Program-made: the position numbers and the translations under genes | The notes under the pieces: model-generated | Database searches by the model: none | What the model saw: the letters and a program-made list of their open reading frames with translations, nothing else | What the model was told of the DNA's origin: nothing | In this document: one piece after another, positions 45,603 through 54,021 of the stretch | Layout of the letters: each line of letters starts with the position of its first letter | How positions within the stretch are numbered: position 1 is the stretch's first letter | From: a virus | Length of the DNA stretch: 64,000 nucleotides | Virus record (IMG/VR): IMGVR_UViG_3300037420_000429 | Reading direction: 5' to 3' (one strand)

Positions 45603-46684
45603 AACTTCACTCCTAGCTTCTCTAGTGTGGATTTAACATCAATCTTATCTCCGGGTTTTCGTAACATCATCGCCATAGTGAAACACTCCTGCATCACGTA
45701 CAACCAATCTATCTCGACTGGACCCTTACAACCATCTACGACCTTTTTCTCAGGGTACAACTTCTTAAAGATTCTTACAAGTGCCTCAAACGCATCTTTA
45801 TCATTCTTGGCGTCTTTAAGTTCTTCATAAGCAGACTTCGGACCCCATTTTAAATCAGAGAAACAATTTGCAGCGTAGTTGTCTGCGCTGTCAGATGAGC
45901 CTACTTGAAAATAAAGCCACATCCGACCCTCGCCATCAACGTCTTTGCCGTTAATAAACAGTTTGCCAAATCCTTCAATCAATCTTGGAGACGTGTCCTT
46001 GTTCGGGTTATAGTGCCAACCAGAACACTGTTTAGCATCCTTGTCCTCCGCCACTCCGCAAACACGATCTTCAGGCTTCCTACCACCCTTAACCCAATTG
46101 TTGTACCCTTCCAGCACTGCCATATTAAACGCGTCGTCTGCCTCGATTCCCTCTACGCAAACTGTAGAATGGCGGTCGCACACATATTGCTTCATCTTGT
46201 CTAACAGCAATGGACGCATCAAGTCATCGCGGTCTTTGTAGTATAACAGTGTGCAGATTTCGTGACGGAAAACATTACCCTTTCCAGTGAAACCGATGTA
46301 ATTGCCTGTCCCTAAAGTCTTACAGATGCTACGAATCTTATCATCGATAATCTTCTTGGCGCCGTCCCACGGCGAGATAAAGTAATCAAAACGTTCGTCA
46401 GGCTCTCCGGTGAACTCATCAACACCTTTAATTTTGAATGGCCGTGGGCGCTGACACTCTACAACTTCAAAATCTTCAGGCTTCCAGTAATTGTTGCCAA
46501 GCTTTTCGTTCTCTTCTGCGATCCAACCACCTTCTTTTTTCTTGTGATGGCCCCATAGTGCAGTTTTGTTGGCGAACTCCATCTTACGGCCTGTTGGCTT
46601 GTGTGTAGCAACAATGAATCGTTCTTCTGCCACACTGACTGCCTCAAATATGAGAAAGTCCATGTCAAAAACAATTTGTTTCAT
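45599..46684 (-). CDS. 5'-3' exonuclease, T7 gp6-like
   Basis: The N-terminus IVFDMDFLIFEAVSVAEE resembles the T7 gp6 VMDGDWLVFQAMSAAE. A later EGIEADDAFN acidic motif is present. Sits in a T7-like replication neighbourhood. Confidence 0.6.
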   Translation of the reverse strand: MKQIVFDMDFLIFEAVSVAEERFIVATHKPTGRKMEFANKTALWGHHKKKEGGWIAEENEKLGNNYWKPEDFEVVECQRPRPFKIKGVDEFTGEPDERFDYFISPWDGAKKIIDDKIRSICKTLGTGNYIGFTGKGNVFRHEICTLLYYKDRDDLMRPLLLDKMKQYVCDRHSTVCVEGIEADDAFNMAVLEGYNNWVKGGRKPEDRVCGVAEDKDAKQCSGWHYNPNKDTSPRLIEGFGKLFINGKDVDGEGRMWLYFQVGSSDSADNYAANCFSDLKWGPKSAYEELKDAKNDKDAFEALVRIFKKLYPEKKVVDGCKGPVEIDWLYVMQECFTMAMMLRKPGDKIDVKSTLEKLGVKL

Positions 46685-46693
46685 AAGCCTCCT

Positions 46694-46729
46694 AACAAAT
46701 AAAGCCCTGCACCTTTTCAGATACAGGGC
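46694..46729 (-). terminator. rho-independent terminator between the SSB and exonuclease genes
   Basis: Minus strand: GCCCTG…CAGGGC stem followed by TTTATTTGTT, then the exonuclease RBS. Confidence 0.55.
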
Positions 46730-46758
46730 ATGTGTTACATTACAACAATGTTGTTAGC

Positions 46759-47400
46759 TCAAAAAGGGGCCGAGTCAAGTTCTTCTTGCGTTGGCTCGTC
46801 GTACTCTTTGGTCTGTTGTTTAGCTTTGTTAGCACGAGCCTTCGTAGCGGACTCTTTAGCTTCCTCAACCTTAACAGGTTTAGCCTCACCAAACTCACTA
46901 CCTGCCGCACCACCACCCGACGACTTGTACTCGATAAAACCTTCTTCATCCATAAGAATGTTATTCAGTTGGCCGAACGTACCGAACGAGTTCTCAGTGA
47001 TGCGGTACGACACTTTAGCTTTCGAGCCGTTGCTAATCAGACGCGATTGCGTGATGTCCACACGCTCACCATCTGCCGTGTCCAACAGAACTTTCGGGCG
47101 ATACTTCTCGTCGTACATCTCACCGTCTTTCGATGCAGGCTTGCGCATTTTGATGACAAACACTTCTTCGCCACCAAATGGAGGTTCCATCTTGAACTTC
47201 TCGGTGAATTCTTCTGCATCAAATTCCTTAGCTTTCTGTTTGGAGAACTGCTTGTTCCAAGCCTTGGCAGTGGTTTTATCAACGATGCAGTCTACTTCGT
47301 ACACGAGGTCTTCAGATTGATACTTCTTAACAGGCTCAGCGATCTTGGCGTATGCCAGCACAACATTGTTCAGAACACCGTATTGATTTTTATCAGCCAT
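46759..47400 (-). CDS. single-stranded DNA-binding protein, T7 gp2.5-like
   Basis: 213 aa, OB-fold-like N-terminal two thirds. Acidic C-terminal tail ending in an aromatic residue (…QEELDSAPF), as in gp2.5. Confidence 0.6.
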   Translation of the reverse strand: MADKNQYGVLNNVVLAYAKIAEPVKKYQSEDLVYEVDCIVDKTTAKAWNKQFSKQKAKEFDAEEFTEKFKMEPPFGGEEVFVIKMRKPASKDGEMYDEKYRPKVLLDTADGERVDITQSRLISNGSKAKVSYRITENSFGTFGQLNNILMDEEGFIEYKSSGGGAAGSEFGEAKPVKVEEAKESATKARANKAKQQTKEYDEPTQEELDSAPF

Positions 47401-47501
47401 TTTGTTTCCTTTTCACTTGAGTTATAAATTTACAGCACTTGCGGAATGTCACTTGACGATTCCTCCTTCATTTATCTCTGATAATGCAGAGATCACATTT
47501 A

Positions 47502-47702
47502 CTACTTCTTTACAGCTTCTTCACTCATCTTGTATGCCACAAAAAGCACTAGAAGAATAAACACAGCATTAAGAAATGGGACCAAACCCCACACAACACT
47601 GAACATTAGTTGACCAGTGCTAAGCTTCTTGTCTCCAAACGTAAGACCACACAGGATAAGCCCCATAGACAAGATGCAGCATATCAGGTAAAACACGATC
47701 AT
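47502..47702 (-). CDS. small membrane protein (66 aa, two TM helices)
   Basis: MIVFYLICCILSMGLILCGL… and …VWGLVPFLNAVFILLVLFVAY. Confidence 0.55.
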   Translation of the reverse strand: MIVFYLICCILSMGLILCGLTFGDKKLSTGQLMFSVVWGLVPFLNAVFILLVLFVAYKMSEEAVKK

Positions 47703-47947
47703 ACATCTTCCCCTTCTTTAAGAATCTTCCAAAGTTCCGACTCTACATCTTCGATAGACGAGTCACCAAACAAGTTAATAACATCAAATTCGTCAATCCA
47801 AATAGAATCGATTTCAATCTCACCTTCAAAGCCGGGTTCGTATTGTGTTGCCTCATACGGAGGATAGTAGTAGAACACCACATCCATCGGAACGCCCTTA
47901 AGCGTAATGTTGCGTGTTAGTGCGAACGAAGAATGGTTATAGCGCAT
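47699..47947 (-). CDS. small acidic hypothetical protein (82 aa)
   Basis: GGAAAGGTATAA-ATG start. ATGA link to the next gene. Confidence 0.55.
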   Translation of the reverse strand: MRYNHSSFALTRNITLKGVPMDVVFYYYPPYEATQYEPGFEGEIEIDSIWIDEFDVINLFGDSSIEDVESELWKILKEGEDV

Positions 47948-48014
47948 TTATACCTTTCCTTAATGTCATAGTACAGCAGAATGAAGCCAATCTTGATGTG
48001 CATCCATTGGTATT

Positions 48015-48197
48015 TTAGCTCTGCCATGACACTTCAACCAATTCGTCAATCTCTACGCCACTGACGGACGCTCCGATTAGGACACCCTTCCAGAAATCGT
48101 CATCGAACTTGGCAGGCTTTTCAATATACGTAAAATTCTTACTGCCCTGCTTGCGCATGCCGATCATGTCTGCGCCTACACGATATTCGACAATCAT
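48015..48197 (-). CDS. small hypothetical protein (60 aa)
   Basis: ATGA overlap with the upstream gene. Confidence 0.5.
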   Translation of the reverse strand: MIVEYRVGADMIGMRKQGSKNFTYIEKPAKFDDDFWKGVLIGASVSGVEIDELVEVSWQS

Positions 48198-48400
48198 TCT
48201 GCCTCCAACTCGTCCATCTTCTCCCGCAGACCGTACAGCACCTCCAGACGTTGATGACGCTCCTCTACATAATCTTCATCACGAGAGATGGCCCATTGGA
48301 GATATGCAATGTCGGCTTCTACTTGTTCTCGCGTCAGGATTTTGGGTTGCTCTGCACTTGGCAACTCATCAACAGTAGCAATTTTAACTCTGTCTTTCAT
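48194..48400 (-). CDS. small hypothetical protein (68 aa)
   Basis: ATGA overlaps on both sides. Confidence 0.5.
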   Translation of the reverse strand: MKDRVKIATVDELPSAEQPKILTREQVEADIAYLQWAISRDEDYVEERHQRLEVLYGLREKMDELEAE

Positions 48401-48531
48401 ACTTCCTCCATCTGAGACATTTGTTCGTATAAGATGTCAATCTCTCGTTGCATCATGCGGTTTTCTTCCTCGTTGGCGTCCATCTCATCCGCAAGAACTT
48501 CGATACGAGCCTCGATTTCGTTTTTAGTCAT
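48397..48531 (-). CDS. small coiled-coil protein (44 aa)
   Basis: ATG 48531 after AAGGAGGGGTAGA. Sequence MTKNEIEARIEVLADEMD…. Confidence 0.45.
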   Translation of the reverse strand: MTKNEIEARIEVLADEMDANEEENRMMQREIDILYEQMSQMEEV

Positions 48532-48532
48532 T

Positions 48533-48922
48533 CTACCCCTCCTTAATAACTGAAACATCATTGTACACTGTTTTCTCAGGATTTGCAAGCATCCTATCAA
48601 TCTCTCCGATAAAATTGTTAACGGAGCGCAGACTTTTTACAACACCTTTAGCGTCTTGAGACATGTGCCCTCTCTCATATAACCAGTCTGCAAGCTTGAA
48701 TGCTTTTGCACGATAGTAGTTATACAGAGCATCTTTTTTGTAGAGAACACCCTTCGGGAACGTTGGGTCTAGCTCTACAAAGTAAGGCAGCTTCAATACA
48801 ACATCTCGGCGTTTATTCACAATTGCCGAGACAACAGCAGCAGCAAGAATCTTATAGTCCTCGTCAGATGCTTCCCTTGTTGTGGCACGAAGCTGGTTAG
48901 AGGGTTTGTGTCGGTTAGACAT
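48533..48922 (-). CDS. hypothetical protein (129 aa)
   Basis: Start set at MSNRHKP, overlapping the stop of the upstream small ORF (ATGTCTAA). Confidence 0.5.
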   Translation of the reverse strand: MSNRHKPSNQLRATTREASDEDYKILAAAVVSAIVNKRRDVVLKLPYFVELDPTFPKGVLYKKDALYNYYRAKAFKLADWLYERGHMSQDAKGVVKSLRSVNNFIGEIDRMLANPEKTVYNDVSVIKEG

Positions 48923-49070
48923 CGGCATCATCTGCGTAGCTCCAGCCCATCTCCCAATATCTGTGGGCCAGTGTGCCGACAACATATGGATTGTCCTCTA
49001 ATGTTTTGTACTCTGGTTCACCTTGAGAATACCAACCTTGATCGAACCAATACTTTTCTTGAAAGGTCAT
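48915..49070 (-). CDS. Rmf/CrpP-fold-like small protein (51 aa), paralog of 49536..49724
   Basis: MTFQEKYWFDQGWYSQGEPEYKTLEDNPYVVGTLAHRYWEMGWSYA… matches the G-x-x-x-G…(N/C)PY…W-x-x-GW-x-x-A pattern of ribosome modulation factor. ATGA overlap upstream. Below the ORF-track cutoff. Confidence 0.45.
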   Translation of the reverse strand: MTFQEKYWFDQGWYSQGEPEYKTLEDNPYVVGTLAHRYWEMGWSYADDADV

Positions 49071-49279
49071 AACATCACCGCCTTGGCTGTGTACCCGAAA
49101 TCAACTGCATCTTCTGAATCCGAAGTCCACTCGTCATACAGATTGTGATCCAACCCTTCTACATAGATTTCTGATGGAGGGCTTACCTTCTCAGGGCTTT
49201 GCCCATGATCACAATATGCGTACACTTCAAGATTGCCGTCGAATTGCTTCAGATGTGCAATAAGCTCAGAAACTTTCAT
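49067..49279 (-). CDS. small hypothetical protein (70 aa)
   Basis: Start at ATG 49279 after AAAAAGGAGGGATC. Confidence 0.55.
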   Translation of the reverse strand: MKVSELIAHLKQFDGNLEVYAYCDHGQSPEKVSPPSEIYVEGLDHNLYDEWTSDSEDAVDFGYTAKAVML

Positions 49280-49292
49280 GATCCCTCCTTTT

Positions 49293-49472
49293 TTAAGCCA
49301 CAGCATCAGAACCGCTAATCAAAACGCCGTAGCGATCCTCAGTATTCGCAAGAGCAACCTCAACACCCGTCATGAACGGATAACCTCGTGCAAACACTTT
49401 GATGTCAAGCTTGTCAACAATGGCTTGCAGTACAGCGTTTTCAAAATCTTGTTGCGTTTCAAAAGTAATCAT
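49293..49472 (-). CDS. small hypothetical protein (59 aa)
   Basis: Sequence MITFETQQDFENAVLQAIVDKL…. Fills an otherwise empty gap. Below the ORF-track cutoff. Confidence 0.45.
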   Translation of the reverse strand: MITFETQQDFENAVLQAIVDKLDIKVFARGYPFMTGVEVALANTEDRYGVLISGSDAVA

Positions 49473-49535
49473 TATTGCTCCGTGTAGAATCTATTAGGAA
49501 TCGCTTGCCATCCGTGGCCGTTCCAAGCGTAATCC

Positions 49536-49724
49536 CTATTCGTAAAATTGTTGCGCATTCCTGCTCCGTACGTTTGTGACGTACTCTTTGTCGATGTCGG
49601 CCTGTTGAGCGTGGTCGAAGCCGTCTTGCCAGTATTCGTGCTCATCTGTGCCCTCTTCGTAGGGGTTGATGGTTTTACCTTTTGCATATGCCGCTTGCCC
49701 TTCGTAGTACGATTTAAAACGCAT
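49536..49724 (-). CDS. Rmf/CrpP-fold-like small protein (62 aa)
   Basis: …YYEGQAAYAKGKTINPYEEGTDEHEYWQDGFDHA… Same pattern as RMF. Lies directly downstream of the DNA polymerase. Confidence 0.5.
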   Translation of the reverse strand: MRFKSYYEGQAAYAKGKTINPYEEGTDEHEYWQDGFDHAQQADIDKEYVTNVRSRNAQQFYE

Positions 49725-49736
49725 TTCTGTGTTGTC

Positions 49737-51809
49737 CTATGGTTTAATAACAAGTTTCTCTGCTTCTGCAACGTAGTAATCATAATCGATATCTCCGTTA
49801 AAGTCATCCATATTGTTGCAAGGACGTACTTTCCACTCTGAGTCAATCGACAACCTACGTTCTTCACCACCGGCTTCAAGGGGAGGCATTATCTTTACAA
49901 GCTTACCACCTGACTTGCTAGGGTAATACCTACAAATGTTCTGCTGTTGAACTTCACTTCCATCCTCCATGACAAGAACAAGGCGACTATTGCGAGGAAC
50001 CTTAGTACGAAGCATAAAATCAAATCGCTCCTTGTGGTTCATGACAAATTCACGAATATCTGTTCCGTGAAGCATCGCAGCCTCAGCAGCCATCGGAATC
50101 ACCAGAGACGAGTGGTTCTTATGCCATCCCAAGTCCTTGTACTCATAAGCGCCCTTATTCTTTGTCTTGCCATTCGTGTAGAGGGCGATGTAGTTGTTCA
50201 CGTCACGGATGAACATTTTTTCGTACTCAGCAAACTCTAGTTGCAAACCAACTTGCTTCTGCCATGCTTCACATATTGCATCATACTGAGCACGGGTGTC
50301 TTTGCGAAGTGCCACAGTAACACCATCAGTGTTCACCTGAATCAGCTTCAACCCTTCAATTTCAAGCAGCTTTTCAGCCAACAGGCACAACGAAAGCTGT
50401 CCATTGATCGTAATCTTCATGGTGTATGCTGGATCGTAGAACGGGCTGAATTGATTGTTACTATCGCCATACACACCGTTCAACGCCAACTTCATCATAC
50501 CGTTTTCGGCACTGCCTTTGGGATAAGATTTTCGCTGTTCGTAAACGTCCTCGTAAATGTCGCAGAACTTTACCCCTAAGTGTTGAGGGTACACTTTGTT
50601 CGCAATGGCAATATTAGGATACATGGAACTTACGTCAGCGTCAACAATATCGTACACAGAAGTTCTCTTAGCAATCTTACTACTGAGACTGCCATGAATG
50701 CCACCTGTACCAAAGTCGAACCTGAAGCCTTCGATAACAACGTTAAGAGTTTCAGCCACCTTCCAGCAAGCCCAATAAGAATATTGAATCTCACCTTTTT
50801 TCTTTGCTTTCAACTCAACTTTGTCAACCCATCCACAAGGATGTTCTCTGCGAAATGCGTCATACTCTGACTTAGATGGTTCACCTTTAAGCTTCTTGCG
50901 CTTTACAACCATCTCAGCATACTTCGCTACGTCACCAAGCTTATGTTCTTCGATATCAGTAAACACGCCCTTAGTTTCACGAATGATTTGTTTAGAGAGC
51001 CAATCCATCACTGCAATAAACTCTTGTCGCTTGAAATCGTAGTAGCTGAACAAACAGTCCTTAATACGAATCACATCCCGTTTAGTCTGGTTGATTTGTC
51101 GCTTACCGTTAACGATCTTATACACTGGAATCTTGGACTCTTCAAGACGCATAATGAAGTAATCCTTACCAATCTTAGTATCATTATGGTTCATGAAATC
51201 ACGACCATATTTCGCAGTAAGTGTCTCACGAAGTTCGATGTTAGGAATGCTATGCTTGTAAAAATCCAAAGTCATGCGAACGTCGTGAGCATTATATCGC
51301 TTAAGCTCGTCAATCTGTTCATTGCTAAGTTCCATTCCGACAGGAAAAGGAAGGTCTTCGATGTTGTGAGAACGCATGTTGAATTCCAGCATTTTAAGGC
51401 TGGTCATGCGTGCTTTGTTGTCGAAGTGGTGAACCTTGAACAAGTCGATTTGTTTACAATGGCGTTCTTCAGCCTTCACTGTATTGGCGAACTCACCCTT
51501 CATGCTCTCAATCTGTTCTTGTGCGTAGCCATACACTCTACGAGCAATAGTCTCACCCTTCACAGGCATCTTACCATCTCGCAGCTTCAACAATTTGTGG
51601 ACAACAGGGTAATCAAAATTAAGATTGTTGAATCCTACAAGAAAATCCTGCTGCTCAGCCACGTAGTCAATGCATTTAAGAATTCGATCAACCTCGTTAG
51701 TTCGACCACTCACCTCAAACGTGTTTGCAAACTTACCGTCTTCGCGGATCACGCTAAAGGTGAACACATTTGGGTATGTCTCAATATCGTAAATCCACTT
51801 CTTGTTCAA
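49737..51809 (-). CDS. DNA polymerase with 3'-5' exonuclease domain, family-B-like motifs
   Basis: TTG start 5 nt after AAGGAG. Exo I YDIETYPN, Exo II GFNNLNFDYPVV, Exo III YNAHDVRMT. Pol motif A DADVSSMYPNIAI, motif B KLALNGVYGDS, motif C QVNTDGVTV. Confidence 0.8.
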   Translation of the reverse strand: MNKKWIYDIETYPNVFTFSVIREDGKFANTFEVSGRTNEVDRILKCIDYVAEQQDFLVGFNNLNFDYPVVHKLLKLRDGKMPVKGETIARRVYGYAQEQIESMKGEFANTVKAEERHCKQIDLFKVHHFDNKARMTSLKMLEFNMRSHNIEDLPFPVGMELSNEQIDELKRYNAHDVRMTLDFYKHSIPNIELRETLTAKYGRDFMNHNDTKIGKDYFIMRLEESKIPVYKIVNGKRQINQTKRDVIRIKDCLFSYYDFKRQEFIAVMDWLSKQIIRETKGVFTDIEEHKLGDVAKYAEMVVKRKKLKGEPSKSEYDAFRREHPCGWVDKVELKAKKKGEIQYSYWACWKVAETLNVVIEGFRFDFGTGGIHGSLSSKIAKRTSVYDIVDADVSSMYPNIAIANKVYPQHLGVKFCDIYEDVYEQRKSYPKGSAENGMMKLALNGVYGDSNNQFSPFYDPAYTMKITINGQLSLCLLAEKLLEIEGLKLIQVNTDGVTVALRKDTRAQYDAICEAWQKQVGLQLEFAEYEKMFIRDVNNYIALYTNGKTKNKGAYEYKDLGWHKNHSSLVIPMAAEAAMLHGTDIREFVMNHKERFDFMLRTKVPRNSRLVLVMEDGSEVQQQNICRYYPSKSGGKLVKIMPPLEAGGEERRLSIDSEWKVRPCNNMDDFNGDIDYDYYVAEAEKLVIKP

Positions 51810-51818
51810 GATTACTCC

Positions 51819-52619
51819 TTAGTTCGTTGTATTAAAGATGTTACGACAGTCCAAGTCAATATTCTTAAGAGCGTTGAAAGCTTCGTCCGAAATATCGTTC
51901 TTAAACTTGTCAGCAAGTTCGGAAAGATACTGTTTCTTTTCTTTACGGAAGGCAATCTTAGCAGATTCTACGTCTTTGAAGCAGCCAAGATGATACTGAA
52001 AACCTTCTTTGTTGATGGATGCAGTATATCCGTTGCTCGCGTTGTGCCAGTACACCCCTGATGGAAGATCGGTAAGTTTATCTAGCTGACGACCTTTCAT
52101 TGCTACATTAATCTGATTTGGAAGGAAACAACAAGTATCTGGACCGTACGTATCATTGTTAGGTACAAGCAAATCTTTGTCAAGAGCCATTGCGCGACCA
52201 TTATCCTCTTTAACCTTGAAACCTTTCTGAGTCTGACACCATTTGGCGAAGTTCTGAAAATTCAACCATTCGTCACAGACTTTAACGTTTTCGTAAGTTG
52301 GATGCTTTTTAAGTTCACCTTCATTATAAACGCGAGTCATCATACCTATCCAAATTTGATACTCAGGAGTAAACTTGTTATTTACCTTGGCACGATACTC
52401 ACCAACACCGAAACAACCTACTCCATATACGGAAATCTGAAGAGGATTTTTGACGGAACCATTCTTAACTTCCTTAGCAGAACAGACTTGACTATTACCT
52501 GTACTTAGAAACTTAATCGTAACACCGCCAACAGACTTGGTATAATTCGTAACAACATACAGTTCGCCGCTTTTGCTTAGATAGACCTCCCCGACTTTTA
52601 CACTAGGTTTAATCCCCAC
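51819..52619 (-). CDS. AP2-domain homing-endonuclease-like protein (paralog of 2957..3523)
   Basis: GTG start after GGAGG. Motifs FAKWC, LDKDLL…CCFLPNQIN and an AP2-like PSGVYWHNASNGYTASINKEGFQYHLGCFKDVESAKIAF. Confidence 0.65.
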   Translation of the reverse strand: MGIKPSVKVGEVYLSKSGELYVVTNYTKSVGGVTIKFLSTGNSQVCSAKEVKNGSVKNPLQISVYGVGCFGVGEYRAKVNNKFTPEYQIWIGMMTRVYNEGELKKHPTYENVKVCDEWLNFQNFAKWCQTQKGFKVKEDNGRAMALDKDLLVPNNDTYGPDTCCFLPNQINVAMKGRQLDKLTDLPSGVYWHNASNGYTASINKEGFQYHLGCFKDVESAKIAFRKEKKQYLSELADKFKNDISDEAFNALKNIDLDCRNIFNTTN

Positions 52620-52628
52620 ACAACCTCC

Positions 52629-52868
52629 TCAATCAATAATCTTAGCCAAATGCTCACCAAGCTTCGTCAGCAACTCTTGTGATACGCCCTCTAAAGCTTC
52701 TCTCTCGCTGTCATACACATACTCGTTAACTTCGACAGTCTTCCCGTGAAACCGAAAGACATGGCCGTAAGAAGTGTCTCCATATTTGTCTGTGTACTCC
52801 TTGAAGCCGCCATACCGAAGTCCTAGCAACTCCGCAACATCCCACGCTGTCACTTGTACGCTGGCCAT
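52629..52868 (-). CDS. small hypothetical protein (79 aa)
   Basis: Start at ATG 52868 (MASVQVTAW…) after AAGGGGGTAAA. Confidence 0.5.
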   Translation of the reverse strand: MASVQVTAWDVAELLGLRYGGFKEYTDKYGDTSYGHVFRFHGKTVEVNEYVYDSEREALEGVSQELLTKLGEHLAKIID

Positions 52869-52869
52869 T

Positions 52870-52971
52870 TTACCCCCTTGAGTCTGACAATAAACACAAA
52901 AATCCAATTACAAAATACCACCAAGGCAAGTTTAAAATACACCCAGCAAAGAAAGCGAATAATGCAACCAT
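52870..52971 (-). CDS. possible 33-aa membrane peptide
   Basis: MVALFAFFAGCILNLPWWYFVIGFLCLLSDSRG. Fills the gap between neighbouring genes. No good RBS. Confidence 0.3.
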   Translation of the reverse strand: MVALFAFFAGCILNLPWWYFVIGFLCLLSDSRG

Positions 52972-52972
52972 A

Positions 52973-53407
52973 TCATTCTCCACCAAAAACCTTAGCGGCC
53001 TCGTCAAAGCTATACGTCACACTATACCCTTCTTGTCGTGCAACATAAGCCTGCTGAATCCAGAATGCATCATCTTCAACAATCCAAGCTTCCAGAGATT
53101 GTTGTCCCTTCAGTTCATCCTTGAGGCACCGTTGAATTTGCTCCACAGCAGCGATCTTCTTCTTGAACTTGCGAATGTAGGGCGTGAACACCTCCGCTTG
53201 ACCGCGATTTGCTTCACCAAGCTTATTCCACTCGGAAGCGTTGTCAAAATCAAGCTGCTCGTCACATTCCATCATCTTAGTGAATGCAACGTCTGCGTAG
53301 TCGTTATACATCTTACGAGACGAACGAAGATTCTTATATTCCTCGTGCAAGCCAGTCAAGATTTGCTCGTTCAGTTTGATTTGTCGTTGAATCAGTGATG
53401 CTTTCAT
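52973..53407 (-). CDS. hypothetical protein (144 aa, helical)
   Basis: Clean ORF. ATG follows the stop of the upstream mini-ORF directly. Confidence 0.6.
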   Translation of the reverse strand: MKASLIQRQIKLNEQILTGLHEEYKNLRSSRKMYNDYADVAFTKMMECDEQLDFDNASEWNKLGEANRGQAEVFTPYIRKFKKKIAAVEQIQRCLKDELKGQQSLEAWIVEDDAFWIQQAYVARQEGYSVTYSFDEAAKVFGGE

Positions 53408-53515
53408 TCACTTACCTCCAAAAATTTTATCAAAAATATTATGTGCCAGATATCCGAGTCCGTATCCTGTGCAAGCACACCCTACGAAGAACATGGTTGC
53501 TACGAAAATGAACAT
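53408..53515 (-). CDS. 35-aa membrane peptide
   Basis: MFIFVATMFFVGCACTGYGLGYLAHNIFDKIFGGK. TAATG overlap upstream, and its TGA is followed directly by the next ATG. Confidence 0.4.
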   Translation of the reverse strand: MFIFVATMFFVGCACTGYGLGYLAHNIFDKIFGGK

Positions 53516-53961
53516 TATTTACCCTCCAGTTGGCCATTCAAATATTGTGCCTCTGCAAACCACTCTGCCGGAATAACATTGTTAGTAGAAACGTAGCGAT
53601 ACATTGCGTCGATGATTTCGATAAGGCGTTCTTGATCGTGCAACTTCTTAGGCTTCAGGCCGAGGGGAGGCGCTTTAGGTTGCGGAGTTTCAGGTTGTTT
53701 GAAATACTCCGAAGCCTTCTTCAGTTCATCTCCGACAAGTACATACTCTTCATTCGGATGACCTTTGAAATATCCCAAACGGTCAGCCTCACCTTTCATT
53801 ACCAAACCACTGTCGTAAGTGTAGAGATAGCCCGCCCTGACAAACACAGGATCATTCCATTGCAATGCTGCAAAGTCATAGCCTTCATCACGAAGCTTTT
53901 CTCGCACTTTGACACTATACTCTGGATTTGTGATAGCAATCTTCATGTTTTTGTAAGTCAT
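53515..53961 (-). CDS. hypothetical protein (148 aa)
   Basis: AAGGAGGGAAG-ATG start. Follows the promoter at 53992..54021. Confidence 0.6.
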   Translation of the reverse strand: MTYKNMKIAITNPEYSVKVREKLRDEGYDFAALQWNDPVFVRAGYLYTYDSGLVMKGEADRLGYFKGHPNEEYVLVGDELKKASEYFKQPETPQPKAPPLGLKPKKLHDQERLIEIIDAMYRYVSTNNVIPAEWFAEAQYLNGQLEGK

Positions 53962-53991
53962 CTTCCCTCCTTAGAATGTTAGAGCGTAAGA

Positions 53992-54021
53992 ATTATAGCA
54001 AACTCCGTACGCTCGTGTCAA
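53992..54021 (-). promoter_or_regulatory. sigma70-type promoter
   Basis: Minus strand: TTGACA (54021..54016), 18 nt, TATAAT (53997..53992). Confidence 0.55.

Noticed and set aside
49472-49879. 135-aa minus-strand ORF overlapping the 3' end of the DNA polymerase gene and the 62-aa Rmf-like ORF.
   Set aside because: It would need a 140-nt overlap with the polymerase gene, and its product is basic and low-complexity. The in-gap 62-aa and 59-aa ORFs give a non-overlapping, better-supported parse.
50943-52061. 372-aa plus-strand ORF antisense to the DNA polymerase and the neighbouring HE gene. Others include 37682..38464 and 39689..40669 over nrdA, and 46730..47427 over the SSB gene.
   Set aside because: The translations are low-complexity and Leu/Ser/Arg/Cys-rich, with no RBS. 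They lie opposite genes with clear catalytic motifs, and all neighbouring real genes are on the minus strand.
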